Source: a virus (lineage: Duplodnaviria > Caudoviricetes). From it: 49,979 nucleotides of DNA. Each line of letters starts with the position of its first letter. The stretch's first letter is position 1. The stretch covers positions 1-49,979 of IMG/VR virus record IMGVR_UViG_3300030376_006438; one strand, written 5' to 3'. The notes under the pieces were generated by a model that was not told where the DNA came from, did not search any database, and worked only from the letters and a program-made list of their open reading frames with translations. The position numbers were made by a program, and so were the translations under genes. This document shows, one piece after another, positions 36,660-45,388 of this stretch.

Positions 36660-37210
36660 TACCTAATAAAAAATGATAAATAATGATAAATAATTAAAAA
36701 AAATGGTCATAAATTATTACAATCGAAAAGTTATCCACAGGCATTTTTTTGCGTTTTTAGAGCGTTTTAAAAAGGTCCGTGTATGATTTTATATGATAAT
36801 TTATTATATGCTCTATGGCTCTTAAAATGGATTTAAAGGGTATTTTTTTTATGAGAAGTTGTTATATTTTATTGCAAATTGCGACAGGGACCGTTGACCG
36901 TGAACAAAGTACGAACAAAATTAATCTAGTTAAGCTAGTAAAAACTAAATCGGATTAATCAGATTAATAGACACACAATCACAGTACTTAGGTTTTTTTG
37001 AAAAAATAAAAATAAAAATAAAAAATATTTTAAAAGAAGTGTGATAGTGTCCGCTTAACGGTTTTAACTTTAATTAGGTGGGTTTTACCCATCACACTTC
37101 TCATTTTTAGTAGTGTGTATAGTGTGATAGGTGGTCATTGATTTTACTGACTTTTTTGACCTCCTAGGTAATTGAACCCTTTTTCCAAATTGATTATTTT
37201 AAAAGAAGTT
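36660..37210. other. putative replication origin / terminus-proximal control region
   Basis: Non-coding, strand switch, DnaA box TTATCCACA 36731-36739, AATGATAAAT x2, A-tracts, AGTGTGAT iterons, TATTTTAAAAGAAGT x2 (37026, 37195). Confidence 0.5.
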
Positions 37211-37272
37211 ATGGAAAATTCTCTAGTACCAAATTGATTAAATATCTGTAATATGTAACGGTCTAATTTTGA

Positions 37273-37665
37273 ATGAGTGCTGAAAAGAATTTATATAAAA
37301 TGGTGAAGGAAAAGCTTAGCGACTTTAATCCAATTCGTATTGAAACTACTACAATAAACGGTTTCCCTGATTTAATTTTGTTTAACAAATTTGGACGTAG
37401 TTTGTTCGTTGAATGTAAGGCTTGTGAGCGTTCTAGATTGTTACAAAGTTTAAGGCCACACCAAAAAGCATTTCATCACAAATACAAACATATTACGAAC
37501 GGACTGTTTATCTTACAAAGGTCCCTCAAAGAGAGGGCCTTTTTTCTGTATAGATCGAAGGATATCGACTTTTTGTCAGAAAACGTTGAAAACGAACCAC
37601 TTTGCACGGTCCACGTGGGCCAACCATGGTCCTCGATCAGCGAAATTTTGAACCATGACCACTAG
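37273..37665 (+). CDS. PD-(D/E)XK nuclease (VRR-NUC/resolvase-like)
   Basis: E, RIE, GFPDL, FVECK, LRPHQ. Confidence 0.8.
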   Translation: MSAEKNLYKMVKEKLSDFNPIRIETTTINGFPDLILFNKFGRSLFVECKACERSRLLQSLRPHQKAFHHKYKHITNGLFILQRSLKERAFFLYRSKDIDFLSENVENEPLCTVHVGQPWSSISEILNHDH

Positions 37666-37877
37666 ATCTAGATCGTATAATAAAAAAAGTGCTAGAAGTG
37701 TTGAAAAATATAGCGTTTTGCGTTCCTATAATGTAGATTATGCAACAATGGGCCTAGGTACTTAGAGCAAATGACAACGTACTTTAAATTTATAGCCAAC
37801 GGACCCCCAAAATTTGTCCCCGCTATGCACAGCGGCGAACTAGGTCTAGCAACATATACACACTATGGGAGTAAAAA

Positions 37878-39347
37878 ATGCACATAGACTATTCAAAACT
37901 CGATTCTAATCAATTAAAGGCGATGGTATTGCTTAGAAAGAAGATCGAACAAGAGCATGCACGTGGTAATTTCATGCGATTTGTTAAATCTATGTGGCCT
38001 GAGTTTGTAGAAGGACCACATCACATTAAGATTGCAGAAAAATTTCAAAAGTTTTTGACAGGAAAGAATCAAAGGCTCATTGTGAACATGCCTCCACGTC
38101 ACACAAAAAGTGAGTTCGCCTCATTTTTATTCCCGGCATGGATGATAGGGCAAAATCCCCGGCTAAAAATTATTCAAGCGACTCACACAGGTGAACTTGC
38201 TATTCGATTTGGTAGAAAAGTTAGAAACTTAATGAACACTAGAGAGTATCGAGGAGTATTTCCTGATGTAACGTTAAGAACTGATAACCAAGCAGCAGGA
38301 AGATGGGAGACTAACCTCGGAGGTGAGTATTTTGCGGCAGGTGTTGGTGGTGCAATCACAGGTCGTGGTGCTGATTTATTAATTATTGATGATCCACACT
38401 CAGAACAAGATGCTTTGTCTGAAACAGCCATGGATAATGCCTATGAATGGTACACATCAGGACCTAGACAGCGTATGCAACCTGGAGGGAGCATTGTAAT
38501 TGTTATGACTCGTTGGTCTGACAAGGATCTAACAGGCCATTTGATAAAAAAAATGGGAGATCTGAAAGCAGACAAGTGGGACATCATAGAATTCCCGGCA
38601 ATTTTAGATGATGATGACGAAAAGAAGAGAAAACCTATTTGGCCACAGTATTGGAAGCTAAATGAGCTCGATAAGGTTAAAGCTTCTCTTGTTCCCACCA
38701 AGTGGAGCGCACAATGGCAACAAAATCCTACTCATGACGGTACTAGTATCATTAAACGTGAATGGTGGAACATTTGGCAAAAGGAAGATCCACCTGAATG
38801 TGCCTATACCATACAAAGTTATGATACTGCGTTTTCAAAAAAGGAGTCTGCTGACTATTCAGCTATTACAACTTGGGGAGTATTCTATCCTAATGAAGGA
38901 AATGAGACTCATTTGATACTTTTGAACGCTAAAAAAGGTCGTTGGGATTTTCCTGAGCTAAAACAAGTAGCAAAGGAACAACTTCAGGTCTATAAGCCTG
39001 ATAGTGTTATAATTGAAGCCAAAGCATCAGGGACACCCTTGATACAGGAGCTCAGGCGATTTGGAGTATACGCTCAAGCTTTCTCTCCTAACCGTGGTAT
39101 GGATAAACATGTTAGATTAAATTCTGTGTCTCCTATTTTTGAAGCAGGTCATGTTTGGAGAACGGAGCACGATTGGGCTGAAGAAGTTCAAGAAGAGTTA
39201 GCATCTTTTCCTTATGGAGAGCACGATGATCTTGTTGACGCAACCACCTTAGCACTGTTAAGATACAGGCAGGGAAGCTTTATTTCTTTGCACGATGACG
39301 AAGATGACATGGAGCCAAGGGAAAAACGAACATATGAATACTACTAA
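37878..39347 (+). CDS. terL: terminase large subunit
   Basis: MPPRHTKS (Walker A), LIIDDPH (Walker B), MTRW, SYDTA, IEAKASG, HDDLVDA. Confidence 0.95.
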   Translation: MHIDYSKLDSNQLKAMVLLRKKIEQEHARGNFMRFVKSMWPEFVEGPHHIKIAEKFQKFLTGKNQRLIVNMPPRHTKSEFASFLFPAWMIGQNPRLKIIQATHTGELAIRFGRKVRNLMNTREYRGVFPDVTLRTDNQAAGRWETNLGGEYFAAGVGGAITGRGADLLIIDDPHSEQDALSETAMDNAYEWYTSGPRQRMQPGGSIVIVMTRWSDKDLTGHLIKKMGDLKADKWDIIEFPAILDDDDEKKRKPIWPQYWKLNELDKVKASLVPTKWSAQWQQNPTHDGTSIIKREWWNIWQKEDPPECAYTIQSYDTAFSKKESADYSAITTWGVFYPNEGNETHLILLNAKKGRWDFPELKQVAKEQLQVYKPDSVIIEAKASGTPLIQELRRFGVYAQAFSPNRGMDKHVRLNSVSPIFEAGHVWRTEHDWAEEVQEELASFPYGEHDDLVDATTLALLRYRQGSFISLHDDEDDMEPREKRTYEYY

Positions 39348-39861
39348 AAAATTAATCAATCCTGATGACAGGAGACTAAAGCAAAAATTAACACCGAAGC
39401 AGATGATTTTTGTTTATGAGTACGTTCATAAAGTTCTTCTCGGAGAATGTTCCGCTGCCGAAGCAGCACGGAAAGCGGGCTATTCAATAAACCGTGCACG
39501 TCAGACTGCTACTGATCTAATGAATCCTCACTTAAATCCTTTCGTAGTGGAGGCTATTAATGAGATGAAACAAGATCTGCATCAAATGTATGGAGTGTCT
39601 ACTGCATCTCATTTGGCCTCCTTAAAACAAATCAGAGAGGAAGCAAGAGAACATAAACACTATTCGGCGGCCGTGGCTGCTGAAGTTAATAGAGGTAAGG
39701 TTGCTGGCTTTTACGATAACAAGGTTCAAAGCGACACTCCTCTAGAAAATATGAGTAAAGACGAATTAATAAAAGTTTTAGAGAACTACGATAAGCATGG
39801 CATCACCCATGATACAAAATTAATTATTGATGACGATAAAGATGTGATGACAGGCAACTAA
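39334..39861 (+). CDS. terS: terminase small subunit
   Basis: LTPKQMIFVYEY...AAEAARKAGYS HTH, AAVAAE..RGK..G.Y. Confidence 0.75.
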   Translation: MNTTKKLINPDDRRLKQKLTPKQMIFVYEYVHKVLLGECSAAEAARKAGYSINRARQTATDLMNPHLNPFVVEAINEMKQDLHQMYGVSTASHLASLKQIREEAREHKHYSAAVAAEVNRGKVAGFYDNKVQSDTPLENMSKDELIKVLENYDKHGITHDTKLIIDDDKDVMTGN

Positions 39862-39862
39862 G

Positions 39863-41296
39863 ATGATTCAGTATGTTACTAATCCCGCGATCCTCGGTCC
39901 GTTGCTCGTGGCCACTGTGGGAGCTCAACAAGCTAGTCAGATACAACGAGGCTTGGCTCTCGGTGATATAACTTTAGATGATGTATACAATATCATCGAA
40001 AATTTTGCGGCGCCAAATGCACTCAACTTTTTAAAAGATTTAGATAAGTCTAATAACTTATCACCAAAAAAAGATGACGAAGATCCAAAGACACCTGACA
40101 ATGATCCATTGGACTTGCTCAACCTTATAAATACTGATAGAAAGGAAGAAGATGAAACAAAGCCTATTACAACTAGCCAAAGCGAAGAGACAAAAGAATC
40201 AGTCTCGTCCAATCTCGAATCGCAAACCACGGACCGTGGATCAGGCATACAGCAATCTAACCAAGGAAGAGAAACAACGGTTAGTGGCGAACTACCTCTA
40301 GTCAAAGCTTCTCAAGAACAAGGCGTTACTTTCTTTTCTGATATAATAGATGGAGAGTTTCAACTTCCCAAAAGTAAATATTCACAATTAGTAGATACCT
40401 CTGACGCTTTGGAGGCAACAGAGATCTTCGATGAGAAGAGAGTAGGTAATTTTGAAAATCATATCTACACTTCCATTCCTGTTTTTAAAGAAGCTCAGAT
40501 TGCTACTGCAAACGCTATAGCCAAGACTCTTCCTAAAGGAGGAACTATTATTGATATTGGAGGAACTGAAGGTGGTTTTATTAATACAATAGCAGAGCTT
40601 AATCCTAATATAGAGGGTATCGTTTTAGATCCTAATCCTAGAGCTGAACAATCTTTTTTAAATCAGAACCTTCCTAACACAGAATTTATTCGTGAAGCGT
40701 TTACAACTAATCCTGAAGAGTTTGGTAAATACGCTATGACAGAAAGAGGAGTAGATATCAACTACTTTGATCCTAATGAGATTCCTGATAATTCTGTTGA
40801 TGCTTTTTCAGAGAAAATGGTATTTCAATTTATTGATAACGAGAGAGCTTCTAAAGTTAAATTAATTGCTGACAAACTAACAGATACTGGTTTTGCTGTC
40901 TTTGAAGAAAAATTTTTTACATCGAAACAAGATCCTGTGTGGAATGCCAATGAGGCAAAGAAGAATGAATTTAAATCTCAATACTATGATCCTGAACAAA
41001 TGACTGAAAAAGAAGAAGTTGTTTTGACAGGTATGAATGAGAGACAGGTGACTTCTGAATCTTTTGAAAAAATACTCATGAATAACTTTAATAATGTAGT
41101 TCAGTATTGGGATTCAGGAAACTTTGGAGGATACGTTGTCTCTGACAGCGCAGATACAATTACAAAATTTTTAGATAATATGGTGGATCTTAACAGTGAC
41201 TTTTCTAATGTGGAAACTCCTAGATATGTAACGCCTAAAATAGACAAAAAGAAAAGAGGAGGACCTATTTCTATTCCAAAAATAGACATGTTGTAA
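39863..41296 (+). CDS. CmoA-like SAM-binding domain with low-complexity N-terminal extension
   Basis: FDEKRVGNFENHIYTSIP, IDIGGTEG, VFQFID..R, FEEKF, GNFG align by eye with CmoA; C-terminal KKRGGPI. Confidence 0.7.
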   Translation: MIQYVTNPAILGPLLVATVGAQQASQIQRGLALGDITLDDVYNIIENFAAPNALNFLKDLDKSNNLSPKKDDEDPKTPDNDPLDLLNLINTDRKEEDETKPITTSQSEETKESVSSNLESQTTDRGSGIQQSNQGRETTVSGELPLVKASQEQGVTFFSDIIDGEFQLPKSKYSQLVDTSDALEATEIFDEKRVGNFENHIYTSIPVFKEAQIATANAIAKTLPKGGTIIDIGGTEGGFINTIAELNPNIEGIVLDPNPRAEQSFLNQNLPNTEFIREAFTTNPEEFGKYAMTERGVDINYFDPNEIPDNSVDAFSEKMVFQFIDNERASKVKLIADKLTDTGFAVFEEKFFTSKQDPVWNANEAKKNEFKSQYYDPEQMTEKEEVVLTGMNERQVTSESFEKILMNNFNNVVQYWDSGNFGGYVVSDSADTITKFLDNMVDLNSDFSNVETPRYVTPKIDKKKRGGPISIPKIDML

Positions 41297-41324
41297 AAGG
41301 CTAATTAGGTGGTATAAATAAAAA

Positions 41325-43724
41325 ATGGTAGATAATATTGATAAGGCTCTAGAATTAGGTGGTACGCCTGAACTTGAAATTTTAAAAAAAGAAACTGAAG
41401 TAGAAATTGACGGACAGCGAGTCCCTACTCCTGAAGGATTAGAAATTGAAATAGACGAAGAGGGTGGTGCAACTTTAGACTTTGATCCTATGAGCGATAT
41501 GCCTCAAGAGATAGAATTCTATTCAAACTTATCTGAATCTATGGATGAACAGGAGTTAGATAGACTTAGTGATGAATTACTTTCTGAATTAGAAAATGAT
41601 CGATCTTCTCGAAAAGATTGGGAAGAAAGTTATATCAAAGGATTAGATTTACTTGGACTAAAGTATGAGCAAAGAACTAGACCTTTCTCAGGTGCTAGTG
41701 GAGTAACTCATCCTTTGTTAGCTGAAAGTGCAACACAATTTCAAGCAACAGCGTTTAAAGAACTTTTACCCGCTAACGGTCCTGTTCGAACAGCAGTTAT
41801 GGGTGAAGAGACTCCTGATAAGTATGCTCAGTCTCAACGTGTACAAGAATTTATGAACTATCAGTTGATGAATAAAATGGAAGACTACACTCCTGAGTTT
41901 GATCAAATGTTATTTTATTTACCACTAGCAGGCTCTACGTTTAAAAAAGTTTATTTTGATGAGTTAATGGATAGAGCTGTATCAAAGTTTATTCCAGCAG
42001 AAGATTTAGTAGTTAACTACATGGCAAGCGATTTAGATTCTTGTGAAAGAATAACTCAGATCATTAACATGAGCTACAATGATTTTAGAAAAAAACAAGT
42101 TTCAGGATTTTATAAAGACATAGAGATTATGCCTTCCGAAGCAGATCCTTCAGAAGTACAAAAAAAATATGATGAAATGGAAGGTATCAAACCTTCTTAC
42201 ATCGATAAATCAATTAGACTTTATGAGTTTCATGTTTCTTTAGATTTAGAAGGATTCGAAGACAAAGGCATGGATGGTGAGCCTACAGGAATTAAAATAC
42301 CTTACATTGTTACCATAGAAGATGGTTCAGGAAAGATTGTAGGCATTAGAAGAAATTACGCAAAAGATGACGAGAAAAAGTTAAAGAAAAGATATTTTGT
42401 TCATTATAAGTTTTTACCAGGTATAGGTTTCTATGGCCTAGGTTTAATTCATTTGATTGGTTCTCTATCAAGAGCAGCAACACAAATGTTAAGACAATTA
42501 ATAGACGCAGGTACATTAGCAAATTTACCAGCAGGATTTAAGTCAAGAGGACTTAAAATTAGAGACGATGCAGAACCAATACAACCAGGAGAATTTAGAG
42601 ACATTGATGCACCTAATGGTGATTTAAGAAATGCTCTCTTACCACTACCTTACAAAGAACCCTCTCAAACTTTATTTAGTCTTCTAGGCTTTGTTGTACA
42701 ATCAGGACAGCGATTTGCTGCTATTACTGACCTACAAGTTGGTGATGCAAATCAAAACGCTCCTGTAGGAACAACAATGGCATTATTAGAGAGGGGCTCA
42801 AAGGTTATGTCAGGCATTCATAAAAGATGTCACTATTCTCAAAAGAAAGAATTTAAATTACTTTTTGATGTGTTTTCTGAGTACTTACCTGAAACATATC
42901 CTTACTCTGTAGAAGGTGCAGATAGAACAGTTAAGGCTGAGGACTTTAGTGATCGTGTTGATGTTCTTCCTGTCTCTGACCCTAATATATTCTCTACAAC
43001 TCAAAGAGTTACGTTGGCTCAAACTGAACTACAATTAGCTCAAAGTGCTCCTGATATTCACAATATCAAAGAGGCTTATCGAAGAATGTATGAAGCTTTG
43101 GGTGTTAAAGATATTGATCAAATTTTAAGAAAAGATACACCAATGGCTCCTAAAGATCCTGCCACGGAGCATGCTGATTTATTAGATGGAAACTTATTAA
43201 AGGTATATGAAGCTCAAGATCACGATGCACACATACAAAATCATTTAATATTTGGAACTAATCAGATGATTTTAGGTAATCCTCCTATGGCAATGAAACT
43301 TCAAAAACATGTTTTAGAACACGTATCCATGAAAGCAAAAGAACAAACGATGTTCTTAGTTCAACAAGGTCGAATACCTCAAGATCAAATGGACCAAACA
43401 ATAGCTAAGTTAGAAGCTCAGTTTATGGCAGAGATAAAACAATTATCAGCACAACTTAGTGGTCAAGGTAAACCTGATCCTGTTATACAATTAAAGCAAC
43501 AAGAGTTAGCTCAAGATGCTCAAAAAGATCAAGTTGATGCACAGGTAGATGCTGCTAGACTACAATTAGACGCTGAAAGATTAAAACAAAGAACAGCAAT
43601 AGACCAAGCTAGAATACAAAAAGATTATGATATAGCTGATAAAAGAGCAGAAGTTCAGTATGACAAGATGACTACTCAAACTTTAAATCAAGAGAGAAGA
43701 GATGCCTCTAACAAAAAAGGGTAG
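41325..43724 (+). CDS. portal protein
   Basis: 799 aa after terminase; SRKDWE, HPLLAE, LPLAGSTFKKVY, GFYGLG, RQLIDAGTLANLP. Confidence 0.9.
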   Translation: MVDNIDKALELGGTPELEILKKETEVEIDGQRVPTPEGLEIEIDEEGGATLDFDPMSDMPQEIEFYSNLSESMDEQELDRLSDELLSELENDRSSRKDWEESYIKGLDLLGLKYEQRTRPFSGASGVTHPLLAESATQFQATAFKELLPANGPVRTAVMGEETPDKYAQSQRVQEFMNYQLMNKMEDYTPEFDQMLFYLPLAGSTFKKVYFDELMDRAVSKFIPAEDLVVNYMASDLDSCERITQIINMSYNDFRKKQVSGFYKDIEIMPSEADPSEVQKKYDEMEGIKPSYIDKSIRLYEFHVSLDLEGFEDKGMDGEPTGIKIPYIVTIEDGSGKIVGIRRNYAKDDEKKLKKRYFVHYKFLPGIGFYGLGLIHLIGSLSRAATQMLRQLIDAGTLANLPAGFKSRGLKIRDDAEPIQPGEFRDIDAPNGDLRNALLPLPYKEPSQTLFSLLGFVVQSGQRFAAITDLQVGDANQNAPVGTTMALLERGSKVMSGIHKRCHYSQKKEFKLLFDVFSEYLPETYPYSVEGADRTVKAEDFSDRVDVLPVSDPNIFSTTQRVTLAQTELQLAQSAPDIHNIKEAYRRMYEALGVKDIDQILRKDTPMAPKDPATEHADLLDGNLLKVYEAQDHDAHIQNHLIFGTNQMILGNPPMAMKLQKHVLEHVSMKAKEQTMFLVQQGRIPQDQMDQTIAKLEAQFMAEIKQLSAQLSGQGKPDPVIQLKQQELAQDAQKDQVDAQVDAARLQLDAERLKQRTAIDQARIQKDYDIADKRAEVQYDKMTTQTLNQERRDASNKKG

Positions 43725-43845
43725 CAAAATAAAAAAATCCATGGAGAAGACATATGGAAAGAAAAAAGGTAAACAGGTTTTTTATGCTTCAGCTAACAAA
43801 GGAGTTATTAAAAATGTTGAAAAAAAATCTAGGAACACCAAGTAA
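43702..43845 (+). CDS. small basic protein (47 aa, MPLTKKGSKIKKSMEKTYG...)
   Basis: Read by hand; YGKKKGKQVFYAS motif; overlaps portal end. Confidence 0.7.
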   Translation: MPLTKKGSKIKKSMEKTYGKKKGKQVFYASANKGVIKNVEKKSRNTK

Positions 43846-43864
43846 TAAGTATTATACTTTTACC

Positions 43865-44092
43865 ATGGACAAAAAAACTGAAAAAAGAGTTCAAACTATA
43901 ATCAATGAGACTAGAAAATTTGTTCAAGGTCAAGTTGATCAAGGCTCTAATTTAGTCGAACTTGCTCAAGTAATGTTAGCTATGAGTAGAGAAGCTATTG
44001 TTGATGCTTATGGAGAAGCCTTAGCAGATAGCTATATTTCTAATCAAATTTCTGAATTGCAAAAGAGTGAAAATAGTATAACTTTACATTAA
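43865..44092 (+). CDS. hypothetical protein
   Basis: Start moved to ATG 43865 to avoid overlap with the 47-aa gene. Confidence 0.65.
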   Translation: MDKKTEKRVQTIINETRKFVQGQVDQGSNLVELAQVMLAMSREAIVDAYGEALADSYISNQISELQKSENSITLH

Positions 44093-44262
44093 TGACCAAG
44101 CGATTAACTAAAACTATTCCTCCTAAAAAAGGACCTAAATCACAGGGTATGAATATTCCTTATGGTAAAATTGTACCTGTAGGACCTGTACCTGAGGATA
44201 AGAAGCGTAAACGTGGATATGGAATAGCATCAAAAGGACTCAAATTCGAAGGAGTATTTTAA
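44092..44262 (+). CDS. small basic protein (56 aa, MTKRLTKTIPPKKGPKSQG...FEGVF)
   Basis: Read by hand; TAATG coupling at both ends. Confidence 0.75.
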   Translation: MTKRLTKTIPPKKGPKSQGMNIPYGKIVPVGPVPEDKKRKRGYGIASKGLKFEGVF

Positions 44263-44357
44263 TGGATATAATCAAAAAACTTTGGAACGATCATCCCAAA
44301 AAAAAATGGCTAGTAGTTGGCGTAGTAGTTGGCTGGGTAGCTGCTCAATTTATCTAA
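44262..44357 (+). CDS. small membrane protein (31 aa)
   Basis: MDIIKKLWNDHPKKKWLVVGVVVGWVAAQFI; AAGGAG SD. Confidence 0.65.
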   Translation: MDIIKKLWNDHPKKKWLVVGVVVGWVAAQFI

Positions 44358-44360
44358 TAA

Positions 44361-44774
44361 ATGTTATCTAAATTATTAGGCGGATCTCTTGTGGATACTG
44401 TCGGAAAAGTTATCGATAGCGTCCACACGAGTGAAGAAGAAAAATTAAACGCAAGAAATAAACTCAAAGAATTAGAAAACGAAATAAACTCTAAGCAAAT
44501 GGATATCAACTTAGCTGATGCTAAGTCTACAGCCACTGGTTTTGGTGGTATGATGCAGAGATCGTGGAGGCCTCTAATCGGGATGTCTTGTGCGTTAGCG
44601 ATTTTGTGGGAATTTGTGTTAAAACAATTTATCGTTTTTATTCTTGCTGCTTTTAGCATTCAACATAATCCTCTTCCAGAGCTTGACATGTCGACTTTAT
44701 TCCCGCTCGTCACAGCTTTACTCGGAATGTCAGGGCTTCGCTCCTGGGAAAAAAGTAAGAAAATTACACAGTAG
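44361..44774 (+). CDS. holin (3TM/GTA-holin-like)
   Basis: SWRPLIG, hydrophobic helices, LLGMSGLRSWEK. Confidence 0.8.
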   Translation: MLSKLLGGSLVDTVGKVIDSVHTSEEEKLNARNKLKELENEINSKQMDINLADAKSTATGFGGMMQRSWRPLIGMSCALAILWEFVLKQFIVFILAAFSIQHNPLPELDMSTLFPLVTALLGMSGLRSWEKSKKITQ

Positions 44775-44959
44775 TGGATCGTTTCGATTATAAAGTAAAA
44801 AAACTTATTCAACAAAAAATTGAAGAACAAAAAGAAAACTTGTTGAGTAGATCTCTAAGTTCTTATGAACAATATCAATATGAACTTGGAAAATTACATG
44901 CTTTAGAGCATTTATTAATAGATTACCAAGAACTAAAAGAAAAGGTGATAGAAGAATGA
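44774..44959 (+). CDS. conserved hypothetical protein
   Basis: YEQYQYELG; coupled to neighbours. Confidence 0.7.
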   Translation: MDRFDYKVKKLIQQKIEEQKENLLSRSLSSYEQYQYELGKLHALEHLLIDYQELKEKVIEE

Positions 44960-45378
44960 GTAAACTAATAGTGCCTAGTTACTTAAAAGGTAATGTAAAA
45001 AAGGCAAAAGAAAAAAAGAAAGAAGAAGACAAAGGACCTGCTTTGGAAAGAGTTCCTCAAGCAATAGGTTGGAGAATGGTGGTTCTACCCTATAAAGGAG
45101 TAGAAAAAACAAAAGGTGGCTTGTTACTTACTGACAAAGCCATTGAGGAACAACAGCTCACTACTAATGTGGGTTTAATTTTAAGTATGGGATCTGACGC
45201 TTACGCAGATAAGAATAAATTTCCTAACGGACCTTGGTGTGAAAAAGGAGATTGGATAGTTTTTGCTAGATATGCTGGCTCTAGAGTCAGAATTGAAGGT
45301 GGAGAAGTTCGTATTCTTAATGACGATGAAGTGTTAGCTAAGTTGAAAGATCCAAAAGATGTATTAAATATCTATTAA
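44956..45378 (+). CDS. groES: co-chaperonin GroES-like protein
   Basis: KTKGGLLL mobile loop, GDWIVFARYAG, RILNDDEVLA. Confidence 0.9.
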   Translation: MSKLIVPSYLKGNVKKAKEKKKEEDKGPALERVPQAIGWRMVVLPYKGVEKTKGGLLLTDKAIEEQQLTTNVGLILSMGSDAYADKNKFPNGPWCEKGDWIVFARYAGSRVRIEGGEVRILNDDEVLAKLKDPKDVLNIY

Positions 45379-45388
45379 GGAGATAAAA

